A stretch of 64,000 bases of DNA from an uncultured virus (IMG/VR IMGVR_UViG_3300042197_002672) (Duplodnaviria > Heunggongvirae > Uroviricota > Caudoviricetes): IMG/VR virus record IMGVR_UViG_3300042197_002672. One strand, 5' to 3'. This document shows positions 1-8,941 of this stretch, piece after piece. Positions within the stretch are counted from its first letter, which is position 1; each line of letters opens with the position of its first letter. Made by a program: the position numbers and the translations under genes. The notes under the pieces were generated by a model. That model saw only the letters and a list, made by a program, of their open reading frames with translations. It had not been told where the DNA came from and made no database searches.

Positions 1-2
1 AA

Positions 3-611
3 ATGGAAGATGAAGGTGAATTTGATCTTGAAGACGAGGATGAAGAAGAACTTCCTAAGTCATTAGGAGAATCAAGAAACGTAACCAAAATGATTAGCAA
101 GACAATTGCAGAATCTGTTTTCAATAAACTTGTTGCTCGTGGCATCCTTGAAGCTAAAGGTGAAGGTGCTTACGATCGTGCAGTTCGAGGTGATCGTCGT
201 AAAGAACTACAAGATATAAAAAGAGCGGAGAAAAATCCACTAAAGAAAAAGTTCAGATCGCTGACCTCAGACGCAAGTTTTACAGACGAAGAAGATCAAA
301 GATATTTCGAACTATTGAATGATCCAAAATTTAAAGAATATCTCAAGCTCAAGAGAAAACGGAGCGTCGATGCGCCAGACCAAACAGAAGAATCAAAATA
401 TAGTGGCATGAAAAAAAAAGTAAAAAAGCCTGAAGAAAAAGAATCACAAAAAGATTCTATCACAGATAAACAGATAAAGCAATTAAGAGATGGAGCTTCT
501 CAGGCTGGTGATACAAAACAAGTTAAACTTTGTGATGCTGCATTAAACGGCAATTCAAAGGCTCGCGCTGAATGTGCTAAAGCAATTTCTAACGCGAAGG
601 CGATGGATTGA
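3..611 (+). CDS. Acidic/basic hypothetical protein, probably 5'-truncated; candidate internal head protein
   Basis: 202-aa ORF, very acidic N-terminus, [IL]xE motifs (IAE, ILE); lies at the window edge. Confidence 0.6.
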   Translation: MEDEGEFDLEDEDEEELPKSLGESRNVTKMISKTIAESVFNKLVARGILEAKGEGAYDRAVRGDRRKELQDIKRAEKNPLKKKFRSLTSDASFTDEEDQRYFELLNDPKFKEYLKLKRKRSVDAPDQTEESKYSGMKKKVKKPEEKESQKDSITDKQIKQLRDGASQAGDTKQVKLCDAALNGNSKARAECAKAISNAKAMD

Positions 612-706
612 CGCGGTCTGATTACTCAGATGAAGAAAGTAAAGGGCATACACAAAGGTGAAGAAAGCGAAGATTGATTTCTTCTAAAATAAAAGAATTA
701 ATAAAA

Positions 707-2401
707 ATGAAAAAACCTGTTAATCCAACATATAATAGAAATAATAAAATTCCTGGATTAACAGGTTTTTATTTTTCAGAAATGATTAGGCTTCTAGAAT
801 CAGAGAGCGAACCAGGCGAAAGGATGAAACGATTCCAATCTGCATGGAAAAATAGATTTGTTCCAAAGTTACAAGATTATATAGAACAAAATCTACAGAC
901 AGATGAGGTTGGCAAAGAAAGATGGGGCAAATACATAGATACTTACCTTACATCAGAAATAAATCTAGCAAAAGTATTTCTTGAATTTTTATTGAAGAAA
1001 AACACTATATTTGTAGTAGGATCAGCTCTATATGATCCGAATCAATTAGATATCTATAAGAAAAGAACAAACAAAGAACTACAAGATATAAAAAAAGAAT
1101 TAGATATAGATTCTACAACATCATCTTTAAAAGATGCATTGGATAAATACATATCTTCTTCGATAGAAAAAAAGAAGGGTCCTTTGTCAAAATTTGATGG
1201 CCAAAAATCTACGCTATCGAATATGTTTATGAGAGATATCGGTCAAAATTATGCTAGATATATTTTAGAAATAAAAAAATCAGATATCGAAACGATTGAA
1301 ACTGTTAAGTCTTTAATAGCAGAAATTTTTTCAAGTTTTTCAAACCTTCAAACGAAAAAGAAAGTCGATCTTACTTTTATCGAAATATTGTTTCAATATT
1401 TATCTAAAAAAAATCTTATATTTTTAGTAACCTCTACATCTGATATAAGACGTTGGGAAGAGTATAATAAAAAAGAAATAGAAAAAATAACAAAAGAATC
1501 TGGGATACAAGAAATATTACCTGAACTAGAAAGGTTATTTCATACGTATGCTCCTAGGGTGTTATTGTTAAAAAATTTATCTATAAACAATCAGCAAGAG
1601 CTAGATGATTTATTTAAACTATTTATGATGAACGTAAATGAAAATTGGTTATCTTATTTCGAGAAGGCAAAAGAGCAAAAGGTTAAGAATCTATCAAAAA
1701 TAGCTAATAGTATTGTGCTTGGCTCTTTTAGAAAGATAAAGAACAGACAGAAATCTGGAGAAATGGTTGAACCATCTGTTTATAGTAGAAAGATTTCAAA
1801 CAATGGAGACGTTATGGGCGAAAATAAAAAATTCTCTTATCATAAGATCTTACGAGAAATAAAAGAACTTGAAGATCAGGGCGATGTGTATAACAAAGAA
1901 GAAGACCATGAATATGATATGGCAAAAAATCAACTCAAAACAGCAGCAAGGGCAGCAAAAAGAATCTACAAGCATGTAAAGAATGGCGAAGGTGAATTAG
2001 AAGCATGGGTCCAGTCTAAGATAACAACTGCTGTTGAATATCTTGATACAGTAGCAGATTATCTAGATTCTTGTTGCGAAGAAGATGAGGATGATGGTGA
2101 AGTTTATGAGTCTAGAAAGATTAAAGAATCTTCTGTCCAGAATTTGAGAAATATAATACAAAAATCAGCTCAGGCTAAAGGACAAGGATCAGATACTGCA
2201 TTGAGAACATTAGCTGGATATAGAGAAGCATTAACTTCTTTAAGTGGAGCTTCACAGAGAACTACAAATCCTGCTGCATATGCTAAAGAAATAAAAGATC
2301 TTGAAAGAGAATTATCGACTCTTTCTGTACAGACACCAGCAGGAACTATTAGAGCTTTTCTTACTAAACTAGAAAATTTAGCAACTAGACTTAATTTCTA
2401 A
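707..2401 (+). CDS. Hypothetical multidomain protein; C-terminal EAWVQSKIT-type domain seen in large T4-like phages
   Basis: ORF 674-2401, first in-frame ATG at 707; motif DHEYDMAKNQL...LEAWVQSKITTAVEYLDTV; internal GGAG+ATG at 1814. Confidence 0.7.
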   Translation: MKKPVNPTYNRNNKIPGLTGFYFSEMIRLLESESEPGERMKRFQSAWKNRFVPKLQDYIEQNLQTDEVGKERWGKYIDTYLTSEINLAKVFLEFLLKKNTIFVVGSALYDPNQLDIYKKRTNKELQDIKKELDIDSTTSSLKDALDKYISSSIEKKKGPLSKFDGQKSTLSNMFMRDIGQNYARYILEIKKSDIETIETVKSLIAEIFSSFSNLQTKKKVDLTFIEILFQYLSKKNLIFLVTSTSDIRRWEEYNKKEIEKITKESGIQEILPELERLFHTYAPRVLLLKNLSINNQQELDDLFKLFMMNVNENWLSYFEKAKEQKVKNLSKIANSIVLGSFRKIKNRQKSGEMVEPSVYSRKISNNGDVMGENKKFSYHKILREIKELEDQGDVYNKEEDHEYDMAKNQLKTAARAAKRIYKHVKNGEGELEAWVQSKITTAVEYLDTVADYLDSCCEEDEDDGEVYESRKIKESSVQNLRNIIQKSAQAKGQGSDTALRTLAGYREALTSLSGASQRTTNPAAYAKEIKDLERELSTLSVQTPAGTIRAFLTKLENLATRLNF

Positions 2402-2420
2402 AATCTTTAAAATACAACAT

Positions 2421-2497
2421 AAAACCTCTAAATTATTTTTGTACATATATATTGATTAATATACATAGTACAATTATTAATTTAGAGGTTTTTTTTT
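2421..2497 (+). terminator. Long inverted repeat plus U-tract upstream of clpP (terminator or attenuator)
   Basis: AAAACCTCTAAATTA (2421-2435) pairs perfectly with TAATTTAGAGGTTTT (2478-2492); T run continues to 2497. Confidence 0.6.
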
Positions 2498-2516
2498 GGC
2501 AAGGAGGAGATAAAAC

Positions 2517-3188
2517 ATGACTTCAAAGAAAAAGAAAATAAAAGAGGAAGAAGAATTAGAGACAAAGAAGGTTCAAGATGACGATGATGACGATGAAAAG
2601 GGTAGTGGTGATAATAAAGTAAATTTACAATTTATACCATTTGGAAATCCAGAAGATGATGAAATCATAAATAAAGTTATGTTTTATGGACCTGTAAATG
2701 AAAAAACATCTGCTGACTTTATTGCAAATCTAATTACGCTCCATGATAGATTAGATGAAGGGGAAGAGATTGAAGTTTATCTCAGTACTAGTGGTGGAAA
2801 TACTGATGACATGTTTGCCATAATAGATCTTATGAATATCATAAAGAAAGAAAGAGACATTAAGATCATATGTATTGGCAAGACAATGAGCGCAGGCGTT
2901 CTACTCGCATGTTCCGGCGGAACAAAGAAAAAGAGATTCTCTACGAAGAATACAAGATTTATGATCCATGAGGTTGTGTTTGATTCAGGTGGTGGTTCAA
3001 CAACTTATAATAATCATGAGTTTAATGAGGCCAGATATATACAGCAAATGTATATAAAGAGTATAGCTGAGAATACAAAGTTAACCGAGAAGAAAATACT
3101 TAAGATGATAGAAGGTGGTCACCATCATTACTTCACAGCAGAAGAAGCTAAGAGATATGGTGTCATCGATGAGATAATAGGAGAATAA
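2517..3188 (+). CDS. clpP: ClpP-like protease subunit
   Basis: YLSTSGG, CIGKTMSAG (catalytic Ser), TRFMIHE (His), FTAEEAKRYGVIDEI; strong SD AGGAGG. Confidence 0.9.
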   Translation: MTSKKKKIKEEEELETKKVQDDDDDDEKGSGDNKVNLQFIPFGNPEDDEIINKVMFYGPVNEKTSADFIANLITLHDRLDEGEEIEVYLSTSGGNTDDMFAIIDLMNIIKKERDIKIICIGKTMSAGVLLACSGGTKKKRFSTKNTRFMIHEVVFDSGGGSTTYNNHEFNEARYIQQMYIKSIAENTKLTEKKILKMIEGGHHHYFTAEEAKRYGVIDEIIGE

Positions 3189-3191
3189 GAA

Positions 3192-3989
3192 ATGGTTCTT
3201 TCGTTTTTAAAAGGCATTTTTAGTAAAAAGGAAGATAAGGCAGAAGATCATGATGCGGCAAGTGCTGCAATAGAAGAGTCTTCACCTTCGAAAAAAAATT
3301 ATATCTTCATCTCAGGACAAATGTATCCTGTTGATTTTGAAGTAACATGGAGAGGTTTACCTGATAAGTGTTATAGTAAATCAAAATCAAAGAGACAGCC
3401 AAAATATGTAGTTACTCATTGGGACGCAACATTATCTTCTGATAGTTGCTTTAGAGTTCTTGCTTCTAGGGGTATTTCTACCCATTTCAGCATAGACAAC
3501 GATGGTCACATTTATCAGCTCGTTGATTGTAATGATATTTCATGGCACGCAGGACCAACATCTATTGACAGAGATTTATTGTCTAAAAGAGGCGTTACTG
3601 TTCCTAGAGGTGTCTCTTGGAACGGAGACTCTATTGGCATAGACTTTTCTAATGCTTATTATCTAAAATATAAAGATTGGTATATAAAGAATATTGGAGA
3701 AGAACGGCCAACAATAACATCTACATGTCAAGGATCAAAAAACACCCATCTTGGATATTATCCAAAACAGATAGAATCTTACAAAAAGCTTGTAAAGTTC
3801 TTATGTGATTTTTATTCTATACCAATAGAGCACCCAAATAAAGATAAATGGGATGAAAAATGTGCAAAAGGTTCTTTTAATGGCATAATTTGTCATTATC
3901 ATTTGACACCAAATAAGATTGATTGTGCAGGTCTTGATCTGGAATCAATTACAAAATCAATAAAAGGAAGTGGTGATGACAAAAAGTAA
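3192..3989 (+). CDS. N-acetylmuramoyl-L-alanine amidase (Amidase_2 type), probable endolysin
   Basis: VVTHWD, STHFSIDNDGHIYQLV, SWHAG, NGDSIGID, IICHY...KIDC zinc-amidase motifs. Confidence 0.85.
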   Translation: MVLSFLKGIFSKKEDKAEDHDAASAAIEESSPSKKNYIFISGQMYPVDFEVTWRGLPDKCYSKSKSKRQPKYVVTHWDATLSSDSCFRVLASRGISTHFSIDNDGHIYQLVDCNDISWHAGPTSIDRDLLSKRGVTVPRGVSWNGDSIGIDFSNAYYLKYKDWYIKNIGEERPTITSTCQGSKNTHLGYYPKQIESYKKLVKFLCDFYSIPIEHPNKDKWDEKCAKGSFNGIICHYHLTPNKIDCAGLDLESITKSIKGSGDDKK

Positions 3990-5370
3990 ACTAAATTCTT
4001 TTCTAGAAAAAGCTATACAGGCACTGAGAGAGAGTAAGTCAGTATCACAGGCAGCACAAAGATTAGGTTTAAACGAGAGGACACTGCGAAAAAAGTTTCA
4101 GAAATATTCAATGCATCCTCCAAGCCATTATATAGACGATACAAATTTTAACTTTTTGTTATCAGAAGAGCAGAAGAAGGCAATCCTATCACTTTATTCA
4201 AGCTATCATGGTTCTCCTAAATCAGTCTTTAAGATATCTACAAAACTAAATATACCAAAAGAAACTGTTAGGAAGTTTCTAAAAGAAAATGATCTAACCC
4301 ATGAAAGCCTTCCTGTAACAGTATCAGAAAAGAAAGAACTTACTTCAGATAAATTATTTCAGATAGTTGATGAACTAAGAGATATTAGATTAAATCAATC
4401 AGTTCAAGAAAAAGAATATGCTTTATTAAAAGAAGAATCAAAAAAGTGGCGTAACTTTAAAAAGAGTGTACTTGACAGCGTTCTCACTACTATTGTTGAG
4501 TATTGCAAGAACTATGAACCACCAAAGGTTCAAAAGTTTTACAAGAAGTGTAACGATTATTCTTTAGTGTTTCCGCTTCAAGACTTTCATTGGGGTAAAC
4601 TATCAAAAAAGATTGATGTTGGTGAAAAGAACGAACACAATTATGATATACTAAAGAATGCCGTTAAAAACGCTTTTGATTTCCTAGAAGATAAGGTTGT
4701 AAAGAATGGAAATCCAGAAATTATATATTTTACAGTTGGTGGTGATTTCCTGCATATTGATAGTTCTAAAAATACGACAACAAGAGGAACCCCACAAGAC
4801 TCTGAATCTTCTTTCTCTCACATGATTGTTTCAGGGGTATTTGAAGCGATCAATATGGTAGAAAGATTATTACTGCTTTCAGAAAAAGTAAAACTTATCC
4901 CAACACCAGGCAACCACGATAAAGATACTAGTATATCTCTTTATTGTATGGTTGCTTTTTGGTTTAGGAATAACCCCAGAGTAGAAACACTATTTGGCAA
5001 TATCACTAATGCTTGTAGTTTTGATGATCTTAAGATCCAAATTAAATCAAGGCATTATGAAAAGTATGGTAATTCTCTACTATGTTTTTCCCATGGTGAT
5101 GGTGCAGCTCCTAAAAACATGCCACTACTTATACCTCAAGAAGCTAGAGATTTATGGGCAGATACAAAATATACCTATTTCTTTGTAGGACATAAGCATC
5201 ATAAGCATGTTCAGGATTATTATGGAGTAATGCAGATACAAGTTCCTTCTATAGCAGGGGCAGATAGATGGCATGAATTAAATGGATTCACGTCTTCAAA
5301 CAAGGGTCTTACTTTTTATTGTGTTGATAAAGAAAATGGAATGTTTTGTGAATGGTTTTACAATAGATGA
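3970..5370 (+). CDS. N-terminal HTH plus calcineurin-like metallophosphoesterase
   Basis: SVSQAAQRLGLNERTL (HTH); QDFHWG, GGDFLH, GNHD, SHGD, GHKHH motifs. Confidence 0.85.
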   Translation: MVMTKSKLNSFLEKAIQALRESKSVSQAAQRLGLNERTLRKKFQKYSMHPPSHYIDDTNFNFLLSEEQKKAILSLYSSYHGSPKSVFKISTKLNIPKETVRKFLKENDLTHESLPVTVSEKKELTSDKLFQIVDELRDIRLNQSVQEKEYALLKEESKKWRNFKKSVLDSVLTTIVEYCKNYEPPKVQKFYKKCNDYSLVFPLQDFHWGKLSKKIDVGEKNEHNYDILKNAVKNAFDFLEDKVVKNGNPEIIYFTVGGDFLHIDSSKNTTTRGTPQDSESSFSHMIVSGVFEAINMVERLLLLSEKVKLIPTPGNHDKDTSISLYCMVAFWFRNNPRVETLFGNITNACSFDDLKIQIKSRHYEKYGNSLLCFSHGDGAAPKNMPLLIPQEARDLWADTKYTYFFVGHKHHKHVQDYYGVMQIQVPSIAGADRWHELNGFTSSNKGLTFYCVDKENGMFCEWFYNR

Positions 5371-5391
5371 TAATTATTTGGGATAAACATT

Positions 5392-5991
5392 ATGAAAATT
5401 TTAGAAAACATTATATTTGAAGAAGTAAGTAAGCTACTTAAAGAACTAAAATTAGATGATATAGGCAGAGAGTTTAAAACTCAAAGAGATATCGGTTTTT
5501 ATAATCATGGCGGACATGTTGATTATATGCAGAAAGATGCCGGTGTATTTCCTAAATTTAAAGAATTTAAGAATGGCGTATTTCATTTTACTCATGAATC
5601 ATCTGGTGAATGGGAGCATACAGCAGATCAAGATTATGATGTCTTTGTAAAGTTTTATGCTTGGCCTGAAGTTGTTAATCTTGTTCAGAATGATAAGACC
5701 CCTAAAGAAGTGACTGATTTCTTGTACGCTGGGGATTTAGGTGTTTATTGCAGTTGCAGATCTTTCCTGTACCATTATTCTCGTGCTGCTACTGAAAAAG
5801 ATGCATATGTTGTTTATCAGGACATACCATCTCCTATAACCAACCCAAATTTAGTAGGTATTGGATGCAAACATCTAGATGCTTGTCTCTCTAAAAGAGT
5901 TATTAAATTCCAGTACAGCACTGTCATGAACAAAGCAAATCAACATAGGAAGAAGGTTGCAAAGAAAGCTATTGATTCTATGAAAAAATAA
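5392..5991 (+). CDS. SWIM zinc-finger protein
   Basis: YCSCRSF...GCKHL (CxC...CxH); N-terminal [IL]xE-rich leader. Confidence 0.7.
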   Translation: MKILENIIFEEVSKLLKELKLDDIGREFKTQRDIGFYNHGGHVDYMQKDAGVFPKFKEFKNGVFHFTHESSGEWEHTADQDYDVFVKFYAWPEVVNLVQNDKTPKEVTDFLYAGDLGVYCSCRSFLYHYSRAATEKDAYVVYQDIPSPITNPNLVGIGCKHLDACLSKRVIKFQYSTVMNKANQHRKKVAKKAIDSMKK

Positions 5992-6003
5992 GGAAAAAAT
6001 ATC

Positions 6004-7125
6004 ATGAGAATGAACATAAAAAACACTTATAATTTAATTTATAAAAAAAAACCATTTGCTATAGCCTCATCAGGAATTAAATATATATACACTATATTAG
6101 TACAAGAATTATCAGATAGTTTTGGTTTGAATAGCGAGGGCGAGGTTGACGAAGATGAATTAGTATTAGTTGAAGAAATTGAAGTAACTGGCAAGGCCGC
6201 AATTTCAATATCAAACATACATGAGACTGGAGATTCTTATTTATTAAATATATATGATAATCTAGATAGAAACAATGGAGACTTTATAATATCTAAAACA
6301 ACAATTGAAAATGATGTAGCAAATCTCATTGACGCAATACAAACTAATATGTCAATATATGAAGACGTAGAGACTGTAGAACATTATTATGACTGCGATA
6401 CTAATCTTGGCGGTCCATTCTTTGGAGATGCCGAAGAATCTTATGTTAGAATAGAAGGATGGGAACTTCCAACCTACATAATGTCACAAATAGCAAGAGA
6501 GTTAAACTCTAATAGCAATGATTATAATAGAAAAAATAAAGAAAATATATTCTGGGAAGTTTTAATAGATGAAGGATATCACGAACATGATTTTTCTCAA
6601 AAAGAAAGAGAAATAGTTTTCTTATTAGATAATAAGATTTATGCTATAAAAGTATCATATTGCTATTGCAAACATTCTGATTTTCGTATAAGAATATATC
6701 AGCCAGATATTGAGTTATCTCAGGGGGCTGGTAAGTGGGTAAATGGAAAATATAAGTACATGGGTGGATGGGGTGATGGTAGTGTAAAAAAAGAAGATTT
6801 TAAAAAGCAACTAAATCTACCAGGAGAAGAGTTTGAAGATCTTTGGAGTGTAGCAGATGTACTTGATAATCCAAGTAATTTTAGTTTTAATGAACCAAAT
6901 TACAAATCAGATAAAACGACTATTCAAGATGTTTCAAACAAAACAGTGGAGAGAATTAGAAGAGAAACGGGCACTGATATATTTAACTTTATTGAAGATT
7001 ATGATAAGAAAAAACCAGCATGGAGACCAGCATGGAGAACAGAAGAGTATACCAAAGATCAGTTAGAAAAATTAATCTCTGGTATAGAAGATGTTGGTGA
7101 AATTATATCTGATATAGATGATTAA
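6004..7125 (+). CDS. Hypothetical acidic protein
   Basis: 373-aa ORF with SD AAGGA; no recognised family. Confidence 0.65.
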   Translation: MRMNIKNTYNLIYKKKPFAIASSGIKYIYTILVQELSDSFGLNSEGEVDEDELVLVEEIEVTGKAAISISNIHETGDSYLLNIYDNLDRNNGDFIISKTTIENDVANLIDAIQTNMSIYEDVETVEHYYDCDTNLGGPFFGDAEESYVRIEGWELPTYIMSQIARELNSNSNDYNRKNKENIFWEVLIDEGYHEHDFSQKEREIVFLLDNKIYAIKVSYCYCKHSDFRIRIYQPDIELSQGAGKWVNGKYKYMGGWGDGSVKKEDFKKQLNLPGEEFEDLWSVADVLDNPSNFSFNEPNYKSDKTTIQDVSNKTVERIRRETGTDIFNFIEDYDKKKPAWRPAWRTEEYTKDQLEKLISGIEDVGEIISDIDD

Positions 7126-7146
7126 AAATAACAAATTAGAGGAAAA

Positions 7147-8700
7147 ATGATTAAAGTAAATAAAGAAACAGTTTCAGGTTCAGATTTTGACAGCAAAGTT
7201 TTTTCAGGCGTGAAAAAGCTTCATGATGTAGTTTCCAAAACATTTGGTCCTAATGGAAGAACAGTTGTTCTTAAGCAACCAGGACAACTTCCAATAGTAA
7301 CAAAGGATGGGTATACAGTTGCAAAATTCTTTGATGTAGAAGATGAAATAGAAAGGATTGGTGTTGACTTCGTAAGAAATTCAGCAAAGAAGACTGCTAA
7401 TATCGCAGGAGATGGTACTACAACCACAACAATCTTAGCTTATAAGTTCCTAGAAGCATGTTTGAAGATGAAAGAAGGTGGCCAGCACCCTGTTGAAATA
7501 GCTAAAAAGATTGATAGCTTCCTATCCACATTTAGATCAGAAGTAACAAAACATGTGAAAAATATAGAAAAGATAGAAGAACTATATAATGTTGCCAAAA
7601 TTTCAACAAATGGTGATGAATTCTTATCTAAACTAATAGCAGACGCAATTGAGCAGGTTGGTGCAGATGGAATGATTCAGATAAAAGACACATCAAATGC
7701 TAATTCTTATACAGAAATTTTAGATGGGTTCAGGTTTAATGGTGGATTATCTAGCAGCAAACTTCTGCCACACAATCAAAATTCTCTTGTTTTAGAGAAT
7801 TGTCATATTTTTATACATAATGATACATTAAATCACTCTACACCATTTATGGCAATGCTAAAATCATTCTTAGCACTTCCAAATAGTGTGGTTTTATTTG
7901 CTCATGAATTTGATGATAAAGTTCTTTCGACGATACTACAACTTTCCAATGATGAAAAGTATAAAAATAAATTTATACCAGTTCAGACTTCGCTCTTTGG
8001 AAAAGATAAAGTTGATTCTATCGAAGATCTTAGTGTATTTTGCGGCGCGAAACAGTTTGGTAAGTCAATAAACACACCAATTCCAGACAATTTCAAACTA
8101 GAAGATCTTGGATTCTGTTCAAAGATTGAAATCTCAAAACAGAGAACTCTTGTCGTAAATGGTAATTCAAAAGATGGGGCTATAGAGCTAAAGATCTCAC
8201 AATTACGGGCTGAACTAGAGTCCTCAGAAGATGAAGTTGAACGATTAAAGCTAAACAATAGGATTACTAATCTGTCATCTACTGCTGTTTATCTTTATGT
8301 CGGTGGGAACAATGAACTTGATAGGATCGAAAGAAAGCATCGTGCAGAAGATGCTATCTCTGCTTGTGCTTCTGCAATAAAATCTGGCATCATTGCGGGT
8401 GGTGGTAGTACCTTGGCATGTCTAAGTGAACAGGATAATCTACAGAGCTGGAAAGAGGTGCTTTTTGCGCCTTTTGATAGGCTGTGTGACAATGCAAATG
8501 TCGATCATGATAACAAATCTCCTGGATATGGAAATGCATTAAATCTAAAGACCGGAGAGGTAGTAAACGCATTTGATAGTGGGATTATTGATGTACATAT
8601 GTGCCTCTCTAATGCTGTCGAGAATGCTGCAAATGTAGTTAAAATGCTTATCCTATCAGATGCTTGTATTTATGAATATCACAAAGAAGTTACTAATTAA
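7147..8700 (+). CDS. groEL: Phage-encoded GroEL-like chaperonin
   Basis: TFGPNG, VTKDGYTVA, AGDGTTTTT, RAEDA, GIIAGGG motifs; no GGM tail. Confidence 0.92.
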   Translation: MIKVNKETVSGSDFDSKVFSGVKKLHDVVSKTFGPNGRTVVLKQPGQLPIVTKDGYTVAKFFDVEDEIERIGVDFVRNSAKKTANIAGDGTTTTTILAYKFLEACLKMKEGGQHPVEIAKKIDSFLSTFRSEVTKHVKNIEKIEELYNVAKISTNGDEFLSKLIADAIEQVGADGMIQIKDTSNANSYTEILDGFRFNGGLSSSKLLPHNQNSLVLENCHIFIHNDTLNHSTPFMAMLKSFLALPNSVVLFAHEFDDKVLSTILQLSNDEKYKNKFIPVQTSLFGKDKVDSIEDLSVFCGAKQFGKSINTPIPDNFKLEDLGFCSKIEISKQRTLVVNGNSKDGAIELKISQLRAELESSEDEVERLKLNNRITNLSSTAVYLYVGGNNELDRIERKHRAEDAISACASAIKSGIIAGGGSTLACLSEQDNLQSWKEVLFAPFDRLCDNANVDHDNKSPGYGNALNLKTGEVVNAFDSGIIDVHMCLSNAVENAANVVKMLILSDACIYEYHKEVTN

Positions 8701-8710
8701 CGGAGAAGAT

Positions 8711-8935
8711 ATGTTTAAAATTACTTATTGTGATTATAGCAAAGATTATAGAAAAGTTCAGAATATAAAAAGTATATTAGATTCACTTGGTGAAAAATAT
8801 ATGATTTCTTCTGGAAATACAGCGGATCGCAATATTGAAATAGTAGAGCTTTCTACAGGTATAAAATTTGTTGATTTAAATATATTAACAGAATATATAC
8901 ATAAAACAAAATCGAAAGTTCTTATAAAAGGATAA
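8711..8935 (+). CDS. Small hypothetical protein
   Basis: GGAG SD before ATG 8711, inside ORF 8660-8935. Confidence 0.55.
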   Translation: MFKITYCDYSKDYRKVQNIKSILDSLGEKYMISSGNTADRNIEIVELSTGIKFVDLNILTEYIHKTKSKVLIKG

Positions 8936-8941
8936 TTCAAA

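Noticed and set aside
7014..7037. 12-bp tandem duplication encoding PAWR twice
   Set aside because: Simple in-frame slippage duplication with no evident function
8711..8935. Possible GroES next to groEL
   Set aside because: Lacks GroES motifs (PLxDRV, mobile loop GGI, VxVGD)
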